A stretch of DNA of 64,000 nucleotides from Patescibacteria group bacterium. GTDB taxonomy: Bacteria; Patescibacteriota; Microgenomatia; UBA8517. Below the pieces are notes generated by a model that was given only the letters and a program-made list of their open reading frames with translations, was not told the origin of the DNA and searched no databases. The stretch lies in assembly GCA_035291665.1 (NCBI GenBank), contig DATDRP010000001.1, positions 146,952 through 210,951 on the forward strand. The letters are read 5' to 3'. Numbering within the stretch: position 1 is the stretch's first letter; every line of letters begins with the position of its first letter. Below are positions 18,722 to 28,523 of the stretch, piece by piece. Made by a program: the position numbers and the translations under genes.

Positions 18722-21517
18722 ATGGTTGAAAATAGTCAGGAATTGTCCAATAATGAAAATTTTGAAATCGATAAGATCATACCGGATAGGAAAAAGATTT
18801 CGTTCAGAAGATATTTTAATTTCATTAAACATTGGTTAAGTAATAAGGTCATAATATTAATCAATTTTCTAGTAATCAAATTTGTTAAAATTAAATCCGT
18901 TTTAAATAATCTCAAATTAAATATGTTTAAAAATAAAAAAAACCGCATGTTTAGGGGATCCCCTGACGGAAGACATAAAAGCATTTCCTCAAAAATTTAT
19001 TTTTTAACAAAACTTGCTTTTGTCGGCGTAATAATAGGTATTCTTATATTGGTAATCTCATTTCCACTGATTGCTTTGGATTTGCCTTCTCCGGAAAAAA
19101 TCATTCGCCATGAAGGTTTTTCAACGAAGATTGTCGATAGGAATGGTAAAGTTTTATATGATATTTATACTAATGAAAAAAGGATTCCGGTAAAAGTTGA
19201 AGATATTCCTGAATACCTAAAGCTGGCGACTGTTTCTATCGAAGATAAAAATTTCTATCAGCATCAGGGATTTGATCCGATCGGTATAATTCGCGGTCTT
19301 TCAAGGGCAATCACAAGAGGACGTGCTCAAGGCGGTTCAACGCTTACTCAACAGCTGGTAAAAAACGTACTTTTAACTTCCGAAAGAAGCGTTTTAAGGA
19401 AATTGAAAGAGTTTGTATTGGCTGTGCAAATAGAACGCAAATACACAAAGGATGAAATACTCTTAATGTACCTCAACGAAGCTCCGTATGGCGGAACTGC
19501 ATGGGGTGTGGAGGCAGCCTCCGAAACATATTTTGGTAAGAACGTTAGAGATTTGAATCTGATTGAATCAGCAATACTGGCGGGTCTTCCGCAGCGTCCA
19601 TCATACTACACACCGTATGGAACCACACCTGATGCCTACAAAGGCAGAACTGAGGATGTCCTGCGAAGAATGCGTGAGGACGGCCATATCAGTAAAGTTC
19701 AGGAAGACGAAGCTTTGAAAATGCTCGAATCTATTGAATTCGTCGGGAAAGGGGCAAATTTCGAAGCACCGCATTTTGTCCAATATGTTCAAAATATTCT
19801 TGAAGACAAGTACGGCTCAGACATTATCGAAAGGGGGGGGTTAAAAGTAACAACAACGCTTGACTTGGATCTTCAGAATGAAGCCCAAAAAGTAGTTACT
19901 GAAGAGATTCAAAAAGTTGAGAATTTTCATATAACAAATGGTGCAGCAGTTGTATTGAATCCCCAAACCGGTGAAATTCTTGCAATGGTAGGGTCAAAGG
20001 ACTTTCTGGCAAAAGATTATGATGGCCAGGTAAATGTCACTTTATCACTTCGTCAACCCGGTTCGGCAATTAAGCCGATAACATATATTACCGCTTTGAT
20101 GGAAAATTACACCGCCTCTACCCTGTTAATGGATGTTGCAACTGAATTCCCGGGAGGTGTGAATCAACCGAACTATAAACCTGTGAACTATGACGGAAAA
20201 TTCAAAGGTCCGATTCAAGTAAGATATGCACTCGCAAATTCCATAAATGTTCCGGCTGTAAAAATGCTGGCGATGGTGGGAATTAAAGATGCTCTCAAAA
20301 CAGCTTATGAACTCGGAATAAAGTCTTTGGAACCGACCGACGAGACGCTTTCCCGTGTCGGGCTATCTTTGACTCTTGGTGGCGGTGAAGTAAGACTTCT
20401 GGATTTAACAGGAGCATACAGCGCTTTCATGAATAAGGGTTACCGAATCGATCCGGTAGCAATTCTTAAAGTTGAAGACAGAGATGGTAAGGTTCTTGAG
20501 AAAATTGATCCTAAAAAAGGCAATCGGGTTTTGGAGGAATCGGAAGCATTCATTATTGCAAGTATTTTATCTGATAATGAAGCCAGATCAGCCGTTTTCG
20601 GATTGAATTCTCTATTAAACTTACCGGGAAAAAATGTTGCAGTAAAAACAGGAACAACAAATGACAAAAAAGATAATTGGACAATCGGGGGCAATTCAAA
20701 TGTGATTGTGGGTGTATGGGTGGGAAATAACGACAACACCTCAATGAAACAAGTGGCATCTGGTATATCCGGTGCATCACCTATTTGGCATCGAATTATC
20801 CTGAAAGCGCTTGAGGGTAAACCCAATGTATCCTTTGAAGTTCCTTCTGATATTGTGACTGCTGCAGTTGATAAAATATCCGGGTACAAGGAACATGATG
20901 GATTTCCCTCGAGGATTGAATATTTCAAAAAAGGAACAGTTCCCGGTGAAGATTCTGTGCATGTCAAGCTGAAAGTTTGTAAAAATGACGGTAAGTTGGC
21001 AACACCTTCTGATATTGCAGGCGGTAATTATGATGAAAAGGAATACCTATCCTTCAAGGAAGAGGATGCTACTGGCGGTATTGACGGTATAAACAAATGG
21101 CAGGAAGGAATTTTAGCCTGGATTGCCGGGCAGAATAACCCTATGTACAATCCGCCTACTGAATATTGCGGTTCCGGTAATCCTGTTAATGTTCAAATAG
21201 TAAGTCCTGAAGACCACTCAAATAACTTGCCGGGAAATTTTAATTTTGAAGCAAAAGCAAGTTCAACATCGAACATTGTTGAAGTAAAATTTGAAGTTGA
21301 CGGATCAAAACTAATCACTTTTGTATCTCCGCCCTACAAGCAGGATGTGAATCTTAATGATGGCATTCATGAATTAAAAGTTGTTGCAAAAGACGAAAAA
21401 GGAAACGAATCGGATAGAACCATAAAGATAGGAGTTGGAGTCCCTTGGGATTATTCACCTACACCGGTACCTACCGCGACCTCAACACCCACTCCATCCC
21501 CTTCCCCCACTCCCTGA
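18722..21517 (+). CDS. class A penicillin-binding protein (PBP1A) with C-terminal Ig-like domain
   Basis: EDKNFY, GGSTLTQQL, RKLKE, QPGSAIKP, SIN, KTGT. Confidence 0.95.
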   Translation: MVENSQELSNNENFEIDKIIPDRKKISFRRYFNFIKHWLSNKVIILINFLVIKFVKIKSVLNNLKLNMFKNKKNRMFRGSPDGRHKSISSKIYFLTKLAFVGVIIGILILVISFPLIALDLPSPEKIIRHEGFSTKIVDRNGKVLYDIYTNEKRIPVKVEDIPEYLKLATVSIEDKNFYQHQGFDPIGIIRGLSRAITRGRAQGGSTLTQQLVKNVLLTSERSVLRKLKEFVLAVQIERKYTKDEILLMYLNEAPYGGTAWGVEAASETYFGKNVRDLNLIESAILAGLPQRPSYYTPYGTTPDAYKGRTEDVLRRMREDGHISKVQEDEALKMLESIEFVGKGANFEAPHFVQYVQNILEDKYGSDIIERGGLKVTTTLDLDLQNEAQKVVTEEIQKVENFHITNGAAVVLNPQTGEILAMVGSKDFLAKDYDGQVNVTLSLRQPGSAIKPITYITALMENYTASTLLMDVATEFPGGVNQPNYKPVNYDGKFKGPIQVRYALANSINVPAVKMLAMVGIKDALKTAYELGIKSLEPTDETLSRVGLSLTLGGGEVRLLDLTGAYSAFMNKGYRIDPVAILKVEDRDGKVLEKIDPKKGNRVLEESEAFIIASILSDNEARSAVFGLNSLLNLPGKNVAVKTGTTNDKKDNWTIGGNSNVIVGVWVGNNDNTSMKQVASGISGASPIWHRIILKALEGKPNVSFEVPSDIVTAAVDKISGYKEHDGFPSRIEYFKKGTVPGEDSVHVKLKVCKNDGKLATPSDIAGGNYDEKEYLSFKEEDATGGIDGINKWQEGILAWIAGQNNPMYNPPTEYCGSGNPVNVQIVSPEDHSNNLPGNFNFEAKASSTSNIVEVKFEVDGSKLITFVSPPYKQDVNLNDGIHELKVVAKDEKGNESDRTIKIGVGVPWDYSPTPVPTATSTPTPSPSPTP

Positions 21518-21550
21518 TTTTATGGTACAATTCACAAACTAAAATATAAC

Positions 21551-21796
21551 ATGGAAAAAATAAATGATGGCATCGATTCGGATAAAGTCGCAAAGGAAAA
21601 TTTCCGTAAAAAATTAATTGTCGAAGTTGCATTAAGGCGGCACAGAGGGATTACACAACATGTATTCAGTAAATTGACTAATGAAGAGTTAGAAAATTCT
21701 TCAAAATCAGTTGATAATATAGAACTTATCAAGACTCCCGATGGTGAGGTTGCAGGATTCAGGATTGTTGATCATAAAAGGAACCCTGAAGAGTAG
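21551..21796 (+). CDS. hypothetical protein
   Basis: 81-aa intergenic ORF with TAAAAT just upstream of the ATG. Confidence 0.55.
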   Translation: MEKINDGIDSDKVAKENFRKKLIVEVALRRHRGITQHVFSKLTNEELENSSKSVDNIELIKTPDGEVAGFRIVDHKRNPEE

Positions 21797-21797
21797 G

Positions 21798-23708
21798 TCA
21801 AAGGCTCTTAAGTATTTTCTTTCTAATTTCTTCGATCTCTCCATCTTCCAACGTTTTATTTTCGTCAAGATAATAAATCTTAAGAGTAATATTGTCTTTG
21901 TATTTACCAACATATTCAATGCGGTTTACCCTTTTATCAGATTTTAGGATTTTTGCGACGATATCTTTATAAAGAAAACCAGCCTTTTGAGTTATTGTCA
22001 GATCTTCGATTTGGGGAGGGTGCTTGGAAATTGGATCAAAACTTATATAGTCCTTTTCCAAAGATAGAAGTTCGGGAACGTATAATTCAATAACAATTTT
22101 TCCATCATCCATAATTTCAAAATAGCCCAATATTGCTTTCCCGGCATTAATATTAAATATTTTATAGTTTGACTCCATTTCAATTTCAAATTCAATTTTC
22201 AGCTCTTTTGATAAAAATGTTTCAATGATCCCCTTAACGGAAGTGTACCTATAACCGTCAAAAACCATTCCTAAGGTTAGTTTTTCTTCAGGAAGTTCAT
22301 CTTTCTTTGGTATGTAGACATTTGATAGTTCATATAAAAATATATTATCGTATTGGCCTTTATTCGATTGAACCGCTTCAAGAAGTGAATTTTTCAAATT
22401 ATTACGTAAATATTTTGTATCTGATCCGAGCGGGTTTTTCAATTCCAAACTGCTTTTATTGTCAGTCAGTTTATCCGATACAAGAGATAACGTAAACATT
22501 TCGTTACCTCCTAATGCTTTTAAAATGTTTTTTATTTTCCATTCAAAAGGAAGACCCGATTTGAATAAAGGATCCGGAATCTTTCCTTCCATGAGATTGG
22601 AAGGCAAATTATGATAGCCGTAAATTCTGGCAACTTCTTCGACAATATCTTCAGGAATTTTTACATCGTTAAGCCTGAAAGAAGGAACGGTTACAGAAAG
22701 ACGATTCCCCTTCCACAAGCAACCGAAACCCAAACTGGTTAAATATTTGGTAATATCATCTTTTGCTATAGCAATGCCGAGTCTTTTATTTATGAATTCA
22801 TCAACTAAATCAATTTTAGTGACCTTTGGTTTTACTAAATATTCATCATAGATTTTACTGTCAACTTTAACTTTACAAATATTTTTATAAAGCTCAATTC
22901 CTCTTAACAACGCATCCTCGGAAAGCATCGGGTCAACTCCTTTTTCATTTATCATTGCCGCAACTGTACGTATTCCCAACGTCATTGATGTATTCCGGAT
23001 TCTGACCGGATCATTGTTATCGATAAAGAAAAAAATGCGTTTTGTGTTTCCGTCAACGACTGAATTTTTGGTACCGATAATTCCCGGTAAGTCAATAATT
23101 TCACCATCTCCGTCGTCAAAAACAATATCACCCCCCGGAAGGGAATAGGTTTTACCATCGAAACTGGTTACTTTTTCACCCTTAGACGATTCTCTTATGA
23201 CAAATTTTGCGTTTTTTATTTTATCGTAATCGAAAGCATGCGATGGTTGACCGAGTTCGAGCATAATATAGTTTGTAACGTCTACGAGTGCGTTCAGAGA
23301 CCTTAGACCGGACACTTCTAGACGTTTCTTCATCCATTCAGGAGTTTGGCGGTTTTTTATATCCGACAAAACTACTCCCATTGCCCGATAAACAAGTTTT
23401 TCTTTATTTATAATTGTGAACGGAAGCTTATTTCCGACCGTTTGAGGCTTTTTTGTGTTTTGCTTTTTCAGTTTTGCACTGATTCCGAAACGGGGTAGAA
23501 TAGCTGCGCATTCTCTGGCAAATCCATATATCCCCACCGTATCAATTCTATTTGTTGTAATTTCAACATGATATACAAAATCACTTCCGATTTTTTCTAC
23601 TTTTTCTATGGAAGGACCACACAATGAAATGTATTTTTCAATTTGCTTCGGTGTCGCCTTTGTAATAAGGAATTCCCTGAGCCAATTATCTGAGATTAAT
23701 ATATCCAT
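21798..23708 (-). CDS. pheT: phenylalanine--tRNA ligase beta subunit (no OB/B2 domain)
   Basis: ITTNR.D, VDVTNY, GQPSHAFD, EDIVEEVARIYGY. Confidence 0.95.
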   Translation of the reverse strand: MDILISDNWLREFLITKATPKQIEKYISLCGPSIEKVEKIGSDFVYHVEITTNRIDTVGIYGFARECAAILPRFGISAKLKKQNTKKPQTVGNKLPFTIINKEKLVYRAMGVVLSDIKNRQTPEWMKKRLEVSGLRSLNALVDVTNYIMLELGQPSHAFDYDKIKNAKFVIRESSKGEKVTSFDGKTYSLPGGDIVFDDGDGEIIDLPGIIGTKNSVVDGNTKRIFFFIDNNDPVRIRNTSMTLGIRTVAAMINEKGVDPMLSEDALLRGIELYKNICKVKVDSKIYDEYLVKPKVTKIDLVDEFINKRLGIAIAKDDITKYLTSLGFGCLWKGNRLSVTVPSFRLNDVKIPEDIVEEVARIYGYHNLPSNLMEGKIPDPLFKSGLPFEWKIKNILKALGGNEMFTLSLVSDKLTDNKSSLELKNPLGSDTKYLRNNLKNSLLEAVQSNKGQYDNIFLYELSNVYIPKKDELPEEKLTLGMVFDGYRYTSVKGIIETFLSKELKIEFEIEMESNYKIFNINAGKAILGYFEIMDDGKIVIELYVPELLSLEKDYISFDPISKHPPQIEDLTITQKAGFLYKDIVAKILKSDKRVNRIEYVGKYKDNITLKIYYLDENKTLEDGEIEEIRKKILKSL

Positions 23709-23743
23709 ATACGAAAATATTTAATTACTAATTTCATATTCTT

Positions 23744-24772
23744 TTAGAATTGTCTTAGGTATCGTAAATCTGTACTATAAAGCTGACGTAAATCAGGAAT
23801 ATTAAGATTCGGTTTCATCATCAAAACGCGCTCAACTCCCCAACCAAAGGCGTAACCTGTGTATTTTTGAGGATCGATTCCCCCCTCTTTTAGGACATTG
23901 GGGTGCACCATTCCGGATCCGCCCACTTCCAGCCAGCCAGCTTTACAAAGTTTACAACCGGCTCCCTTGCAAACAGTACAGGAGAAATCGACTTCAAAAG
24001 ATGGTTCCGTGAATTGAAAATGATATGGCCTGATCCTGGTCTTTACATCGGGACCGTAGAATGATTTTGCGAAATAATCAAGAGTCCCTTTAAGATGTGT
24101 TATATTTATACCTTCATCAATAACAAGACCTTCAAATTGATGAAACATCGGATAATGTGAGATGTCAGATTGTCTTCGGTAGCATTTGGCAATATTTACC
24201 ATTCTAACTGGAGGAGTTTTAACTCGCCACATTTCCCGGACTTGTCCTGATGAAGTGTGCGGAGTCAAAAGCATTGCCCCGTACTTAGGATTTGGTTTTT
24301 CGTCGATAAAAAAAGTTTCCCATTCATCCCGTGCCGGATGTTTTTGCGGGAAATTTAAAGATCCGAAGGCAAAATAATCCCATTCAACTTCCGGGTATCG
24401 CATACGGGTAAAGCCTATCCGTTCAAAAATATTCGTAATTTCTTCTATAGTCTTGCTTATTAAGTGAATTGTACCCAAGTTTTTCTTTTTTCCCGGAATT
24501 GAATAATCAAATGGTTGTCTGGCTTTCGTTTCTTTTAAATCGGAGAGTTTATTTTCAATTGTATTTTCAATTGTATTTTTTGTTTCATTAATTAAGATAC
24601 CGATTTCCTTTTTTTCATCCGGTAATAGATTTTTGAGAACTGTAAGAAGCGAGTTAACTTTACCGTTCCTGCCGAGATAGTTAATTCGTAATTCCTCTAA
24701 TGTATCCGTTGAATCGGCATCCAAAATTCTTGAAATTGCTTCATTTTTAATACCGATAATATCTTCTCTCAT
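23744..24772 (-). CDS. pheS: phenylalanine--tRNA ligase alpha subunit
   Basis: HPAR, HTS..Q, FHQFEG, FTEPS, FGWGVER. Confidence 0.97.
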   Translation of the reverse strand: MREDIIGIKNEAISRILDADSTDTLEELRINYLGRNGKVNSLLTVLKNLLPDEKKEIGILINETKNTIENTIENKLSDLKETKARQPFDYSIPGKKKNLGTIHLISKTIEEITNIFERIGFTRMRYPEVEWDYFAFGSLNFPQKHPARDEWETFFIDEKPNPKYGAMLLTPHTSSGQVREMWRVKTPPVRMVNIAKCYRRQSDISHYPMFHQFEGLVIDEGINITHLKGTLDYFAKSFYGPDVKTRIRPYHFQFTEPSFEVDFSCTVCKGAGCKLCKAGWLEVGGSGMVHPNVLKEGGIDPQKYTGYAFGWGVERVLMMKPNLNIPDLRQLYSTDLRYLRQF

Positions 24773-24774
24773 AT

Positions 24775-24878
24775 AAAAAACTCTCCTAACTAATATTAGC
24801 TGGAGAGTTTGGGAAATACAAAAAACCCCGTCCAGCTTATCAAATATTAAAGCTAAAGCCGAGGAGAATTATAATCAT
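24775..24878 (-). promoter_or_regulatory. pheM-like attenuator: leader ORF MIIILLGFSFNI (24840..24878) plus terminator
   Basis: ATG overlaps the rplT stop (TAATG); AGCTGGA can pair with TCCAGCT in the terminator AAACTCTCC...GGAGAGTTTTTT. Confidence 0.65.
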
Positions 24879-25222
24879 TATTTTTCTTTTACGGAAGAAA
24901 CAATCTTTTCGAATGTTGTTGGATCTTTGATTGCAATTTCTGATAATATTTTTCTGTCTAAACCGATTTTTTTATCACCTAAGGCTTTAACGAATTTTGA
25001 ATAATTCATACCATGTTCTCGGACCGCTGCATTGAGTCTTGTGATCCAGAGTTTCCGTAAATTACGTTTCTTATTTTTTCTTCCGATATAAGCATGTTGT
25101 CCAGCATGAAGAACTGCGTCTTTTGCCGATTGTACACGTTTGCTTCTTGCCTGTTTGTACCCGCGGGCAAGTTTAAGTGTTCTTCTGTGGTTCCTTTGTG
25201 ATGGTGATTTAACTCTGGTCAT
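24878..25222 (-). CDS. rplT: 50S ribosomal protein L20
   Basis: MTRVK, LWITRLNAA, DRKILSEIA. Confidence 0.97.
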   Translation of the reverse strand: MTRVKSPSQRNHRRTLKLARGYKQARSKRVQSAKDAVLHAGQHAYIGRKNKKRNLRKLWITRLNAAVREHGMNYSKFVKALGDKKIGLDRKILSEIAIKDPTTFEKIVSSVKEK

Positions 25223-25226
25223 AGAT

Positions 25227-25421
25227 TTATTTTCCTAATGCTTTTTTTACTTTCTTCGCGAATGTTTTTTTTGAAACAATCATGCCGCTTAACCTTCTTT
25301 TCCGCTTTGAGGATTTTTTTTCATTCAAATGACGTCTGAAGCTCTGACCACGCATAACTTTTCCGTTTTTTGTAATACGCAGGCGTTTTGTCAGAATCTT
25401 TTTTGTTTTTAATTTAGGCAT
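25227..25421 (-). CDS. rpmI: 50S ribosomal protein L35
   Basis: MPKLKTKK...KR..ITKNGK; infC-rpmI-rplT order. Confidence 0.95.
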   Translation of the reverse strand: MPKLKTKKILTKRLRITKNGKVMRGQSFRRHLNEKKSSKRKRRLSGMIVSKKTFAKKVKKALGK

Positions 25422-25443
25422 ATGTAAAATCTTAACTCAACAG

Positions 25444-25995
25444 TCACGATTTTACATCGTCTGAGGCTTTTTTGGAAGAAGATGTTGCTGAAATGCTCAT
25501 AATGAGGTGTTTTCCCAAGAATTTGGGTTCCATGTCAACTTTTACCCGCGGCTTTAAATCGGTAAGTAGTTTTTGGAGAAGATCATAGCCGAATTGCTTA
25601 CTGCCTAGCTGTCTGCCTTTAAAAACGACTGCTACGCGTATTTTATTGCGATCGTCGAGAAATTCATTAATTCTTTCAAGCCGGACATTATAGTCATGCG
25701 GCCCAATAAAAGGAGTAAAACGGATTTCTTTAAGTTCTCCGGCTTTACTGCCCTTTTTTTCTTTTCTGGCTTTTTTGTCTTCAAGATATTTGAGCTTTCC
25801 GAGTTCTGTAATTTTTGCAACAGGTGGTTTTGCCATTGGAGCTATTTCTACAAGATCAAACCCTTCTATTTCCGCATGCTTGAGAGCATCCTGCAAACTC
25901 ATGACGCCTAGCTGTTTACCTTCGGAGCTGATGACCCTAAGTTCAGAAGCACGGATCTGATGATTAATTTTCCAGTTGATTTTAGATTTTTTCAA
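25444..25995 (-). CDS. infC: translation initiation factor IF-3
   Basis: IN.QIR..ELRVI, DLVEIAP...PPVAKI, FKGRQ; non-ATG start. Confidence 0.95.
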   Translation of the reverse strand: MKKSKINWKINHQIRASELRVISSEGKQLGVMSLQDALKHAEIEGFDLVEIAPMAKPPVAKITELGKLKYLEDKKARKEKKGSKAGELKEIRFTPFIGPHDYNVRLERINEFLDDRNKIRVAVVFKGRQLGSKQFGYDLLQKLLTDLKPRVKVDMEPKFLGKHLIMSISATSSSKKASDDVKS

Positions 25996-26089
25996 TTTTT
26001 ATTATTTTTTTCGACTTCGGCTGAAAAATACTTCCAATTACAATTATTTTACTAAACTCTTTGTAAATAGCAACAATATCTTTGTAAAT

Positions 26090-27880
26090 TTATCTCTTCA
26101 GGTCTGATTTCCAAATTACTTTATCTTCAATTTCCTTTTTAATATTTTTTATAAAGATATCAAGATCGAACGGACCGTCCACTTCTCCTGACCTGGCTCT
26201 TTCTGTAACTGTCTTATTTTTTACTTCTTTGTCGCCAACAATCAGCATATAGTTTACTTTTTGATTTTGTGCATCACGGATTTTTGCACCCAAAGTTTCA
26301 CTTCTGTCGTCAAGTTCGGTTCGTATATTTTCGGCTTTCAGTCTATTGACTACAGATTCTGCATAAGACAATTGCCTATCGGTAATCGGAAGAACTTTAA
26401 CCTGAACCGGAGCTAGCCAGGTTGGGAAATTGCCTTTGAATTTTTCAATCAAAAATGCCATAGTACGCTCAATACAGCCGATTGCAGCTCGGTGAATAAC
26501 AATCGGTTGAACATCTTTTCCGTTTTTGTCGATATATTTAAGGTCAAATCTTTTTGGCATAACGAAATCATACTGGACCGTGAAGGCTGTTTCTTCCTTT
26601 CCGTTTACTTTTTTAACCTGAACATCAATTTTGGGTCCGTAAAAAGCAGCTTCGTTATCAGCTTCGTAGTAAGGGGCTTTTGTATCAACGAGTACTTTAC
26701 GGAGAATTGCTTCAGCCTCATCCCATTGAGCGTCGTCTTTATAATATTTTTTATTATCTTTCCTGTCACCCAACGACAATCTAAAAAGGTAATCAACACC
26801 TTTTACCAAACCTAAGGTTTGGTTGGCATAATCGATAAGATCCAAGACGGATTTTATCTCATCTATTGCTTTTTCTTTCTGTATGAAGATGTGAGCATCG
26901 TTAAGAGTAAACATTCGTACACGAACTAAACCTGATAGCTCTCCACTTTTCTCATATCGGTGTTGTGAAGCCATTTCTGCATACCTTATGGGTAAATCCT
27001 TATAACTGCGGGTATCTGACTTGAAAAGCATAAAATGATGCGGACAAGTCATTGGCCGAAGGATGAGCTCTTCATCGTCGACTTTCATCACCGGATACAT
27101 TGTGTCTTTGTAATAAGGATAATGACCCGACATCCTGTAAAGATCCGTTTTTGCCAACGGCGGAGTAATAACGTGTTTGTAGCCGCGTTTTATTTCTTCG
27201 TCGACGATAAACCTTTCCAATTCCCGCCTGATTGTTGCGCCTTTATCCGTAAGAAGGGGTAATCCTTTCCCAACAAGATCGGAGAAGGTAAAAAGGCCTA
27301 GTTTTTTACCGATAATTCTGTGATCTGATTCTTTTGCCTCATCAAGAAGTTTGAGGTGGTCATCGAGTTCTTTTTGCGAAAAGAAAGCAGTGCCGTAAAT
27401 ACGGGTCAGCATTTTATTTTTTTCAGACCCCCGCCAATAAGCTCCGGCAATAGAAAGCAGTTTGAAATATTTAAGATTTTTGTCAGGATGTTCGATGTGG
27501 CCTCCTTTGCAAAGATCCCAATAATTCCCGGATTTGTAAAAACTAACTTTCATTTTTCCGTTTTCTGAAAATTCATCTATCATTTCATGTTTGTAAGGGT
27601 TATCAGGGTGTTCTTTTTTTGCATCGTTAGCCGACACAAGATGTTTAACAAATCCTTTCCATGAAGGTTGAATTTTCCGCATTTCGCCTTCAATTTTCGT
27701 AAGGTCTTCATCGGAAATCTTTATATTGTCAAAATCATAATAAAACCCTTCCTCAATTGCAGGTCCGATTGTAGGTTTTGCATTCGGATACAGCTTCAAA
27801 ACCGCAGCAGCCAGGAGGTGGCTTGCGGAATGTCTTAAATGCTCAAGATTTTTATTCTCTTTGTGAACTTTTGTTTTCAT
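26090..27880 (-). CDS. thrS: threonine--tRNA ligase (no N-terminal TGS)
   Basis: RHSASHLLA, DLCKGGH, RPMTCP, AFYGPKID. Confidence 0.97.
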   Translation of the reverse strand: MKTKVHKENKNLEHLRHSASHLLAAAVLKLYPNAKPTIGPAIEEGFYYDFDNIKISDEDLTKIEGEMRKIQPSWKGFVKHLVSANDAKKEHPDNPYKHEMIDEFSENGKMKVSFYKSGNYWDLCKGGHIEHPDKNLKYFKLLSIAGAYWRGSEKNKMLTRIYGTAFFSQKELDDHLKLLDEAKESDHRIIGKKLGLFTFSDLVGKGLPLLTDKGATIRRELERFIVDEEIKRGYKHVITPPLAKTDLYRMSGHYPYYKDTMYPVMKVDDEELILRPMTCPHHFMLFKSDTRSYKDLPIRYAEMASQHRYEKSGELSGLVRVRMFTLNDAHIFIQKEKAIDEIKSVLDLIDYANQTLGLVKGVDYLFRLSLGDRKDNKKYYKDDAQWDEAEAILRKVLVDTKAPYYEADNEAAFYGPKIDVQVKKVNGKEETAFTVQYDFVMPKRFDLKYIDKNGKDVQPIVIHRAAIGCIERTMAFLIEKFKGNFPTWLAPVQVKVLPITDRQLSYAESVVNRLKAENIRTELDDRSETLGAKIRDAQNQKVNYMLIVGDKEVKNKTVTERARSGEVDGPFDLDIFIKNIKKEIEDKVIWKSDLKR

Positions 27881-27912
27881 AATAAAGTTTATAAAATTTT
27901 ATCTTCTTAAAA

Positions 27913-28060
27913 CAAAAAAAGCGTCCTTAAGAAAATTTGCGGGACTCCGCATCTCGGATCAAAACCGACTCTGCGGGGGGTTCCATCCCACTTTCCATAT
28001 AGGACACTTAATTACGTTTAAAGCTTTGAGGTTGGTTGAGTCTCATGCAATCGCTTTATA
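27913..28060 (-). ncRNA. T-box riboswitch (Thr) with very short stem I
   Basis: GUGGGA-UGGAACC-CCCCGCA...UGCGGAG-UCCCGC antiterminator; overlapping terminator ending GGACGCUUUUUUU; ACC codons in the 5' hairpin. Confidence 0.75.
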
Positions 28061-28065
28061 TTCTT

Positions 28066-28094
28066 AATATATTACGATCTACTACAATTGTCAA
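28066..28094 (-). promoter_or_regulatory. sigma70-type promoter of the thrS leader
   Basis: TTGACA-17bp-TATATT. Confidence 0.75.
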
Positions 28095-28099
28095 AAAAG

Positions 28100-28279
28100 T
28101 TATTTAGAATCTTTTCCTTTTTGATTTGTTGTTTCAACTCCCCTGACAACTTTATTAGAGACTTTAAGTCCTTTTAATGCCTCATCTTCGGTAGGTCTGG
28201 TTAAATCCAAACTCCCGCTAGCTGAAGTTTCTACAGTATATTGACTAACTACTGCCTGTTCAGTCGATATTCTTGTCAT
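28100..28279 (-). CDS. hypothetical protein (59 aa)
   Basis: MTRISTEQAVVSQY...KDSK with SD-like AGGGGGTG upstream. Confidence 0.5.
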   Translation of the reverse strand: MTRISTEQAVVSQYTVETSASGSLDLTRPTEDEALKGLKVSNKVVRGVETTNQKGKDSK

Positions 28280-28523
28280 TATTCTTACACCCCCTAACTA
28301 AATATATATTACGTTTAAACCTATCACCTTCAGTATTATACATAATTTTTATGTAATATGAGGTACCCCGACCGATAAATAGTATAAAGAATGAAGAATA
28401 TAGTAATAGCGTATTTGACAATTTACGTTATTTTCGATACTCCCATGTCACATATAATGATATATGTGACATGATATAGTATACAGGGAGTTATATAGGA
28501 AAAGGGTAAAAGGTGTTGATTAA

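Noticed and set aside
20440-20967. Long antisense and alternate-frame ORFs (e.g. 20440..20967, 12543..12980, 61267..61656, 26492..26815)
   Set aside because: They lie inside well-supported genes and have no recognisable motifs.
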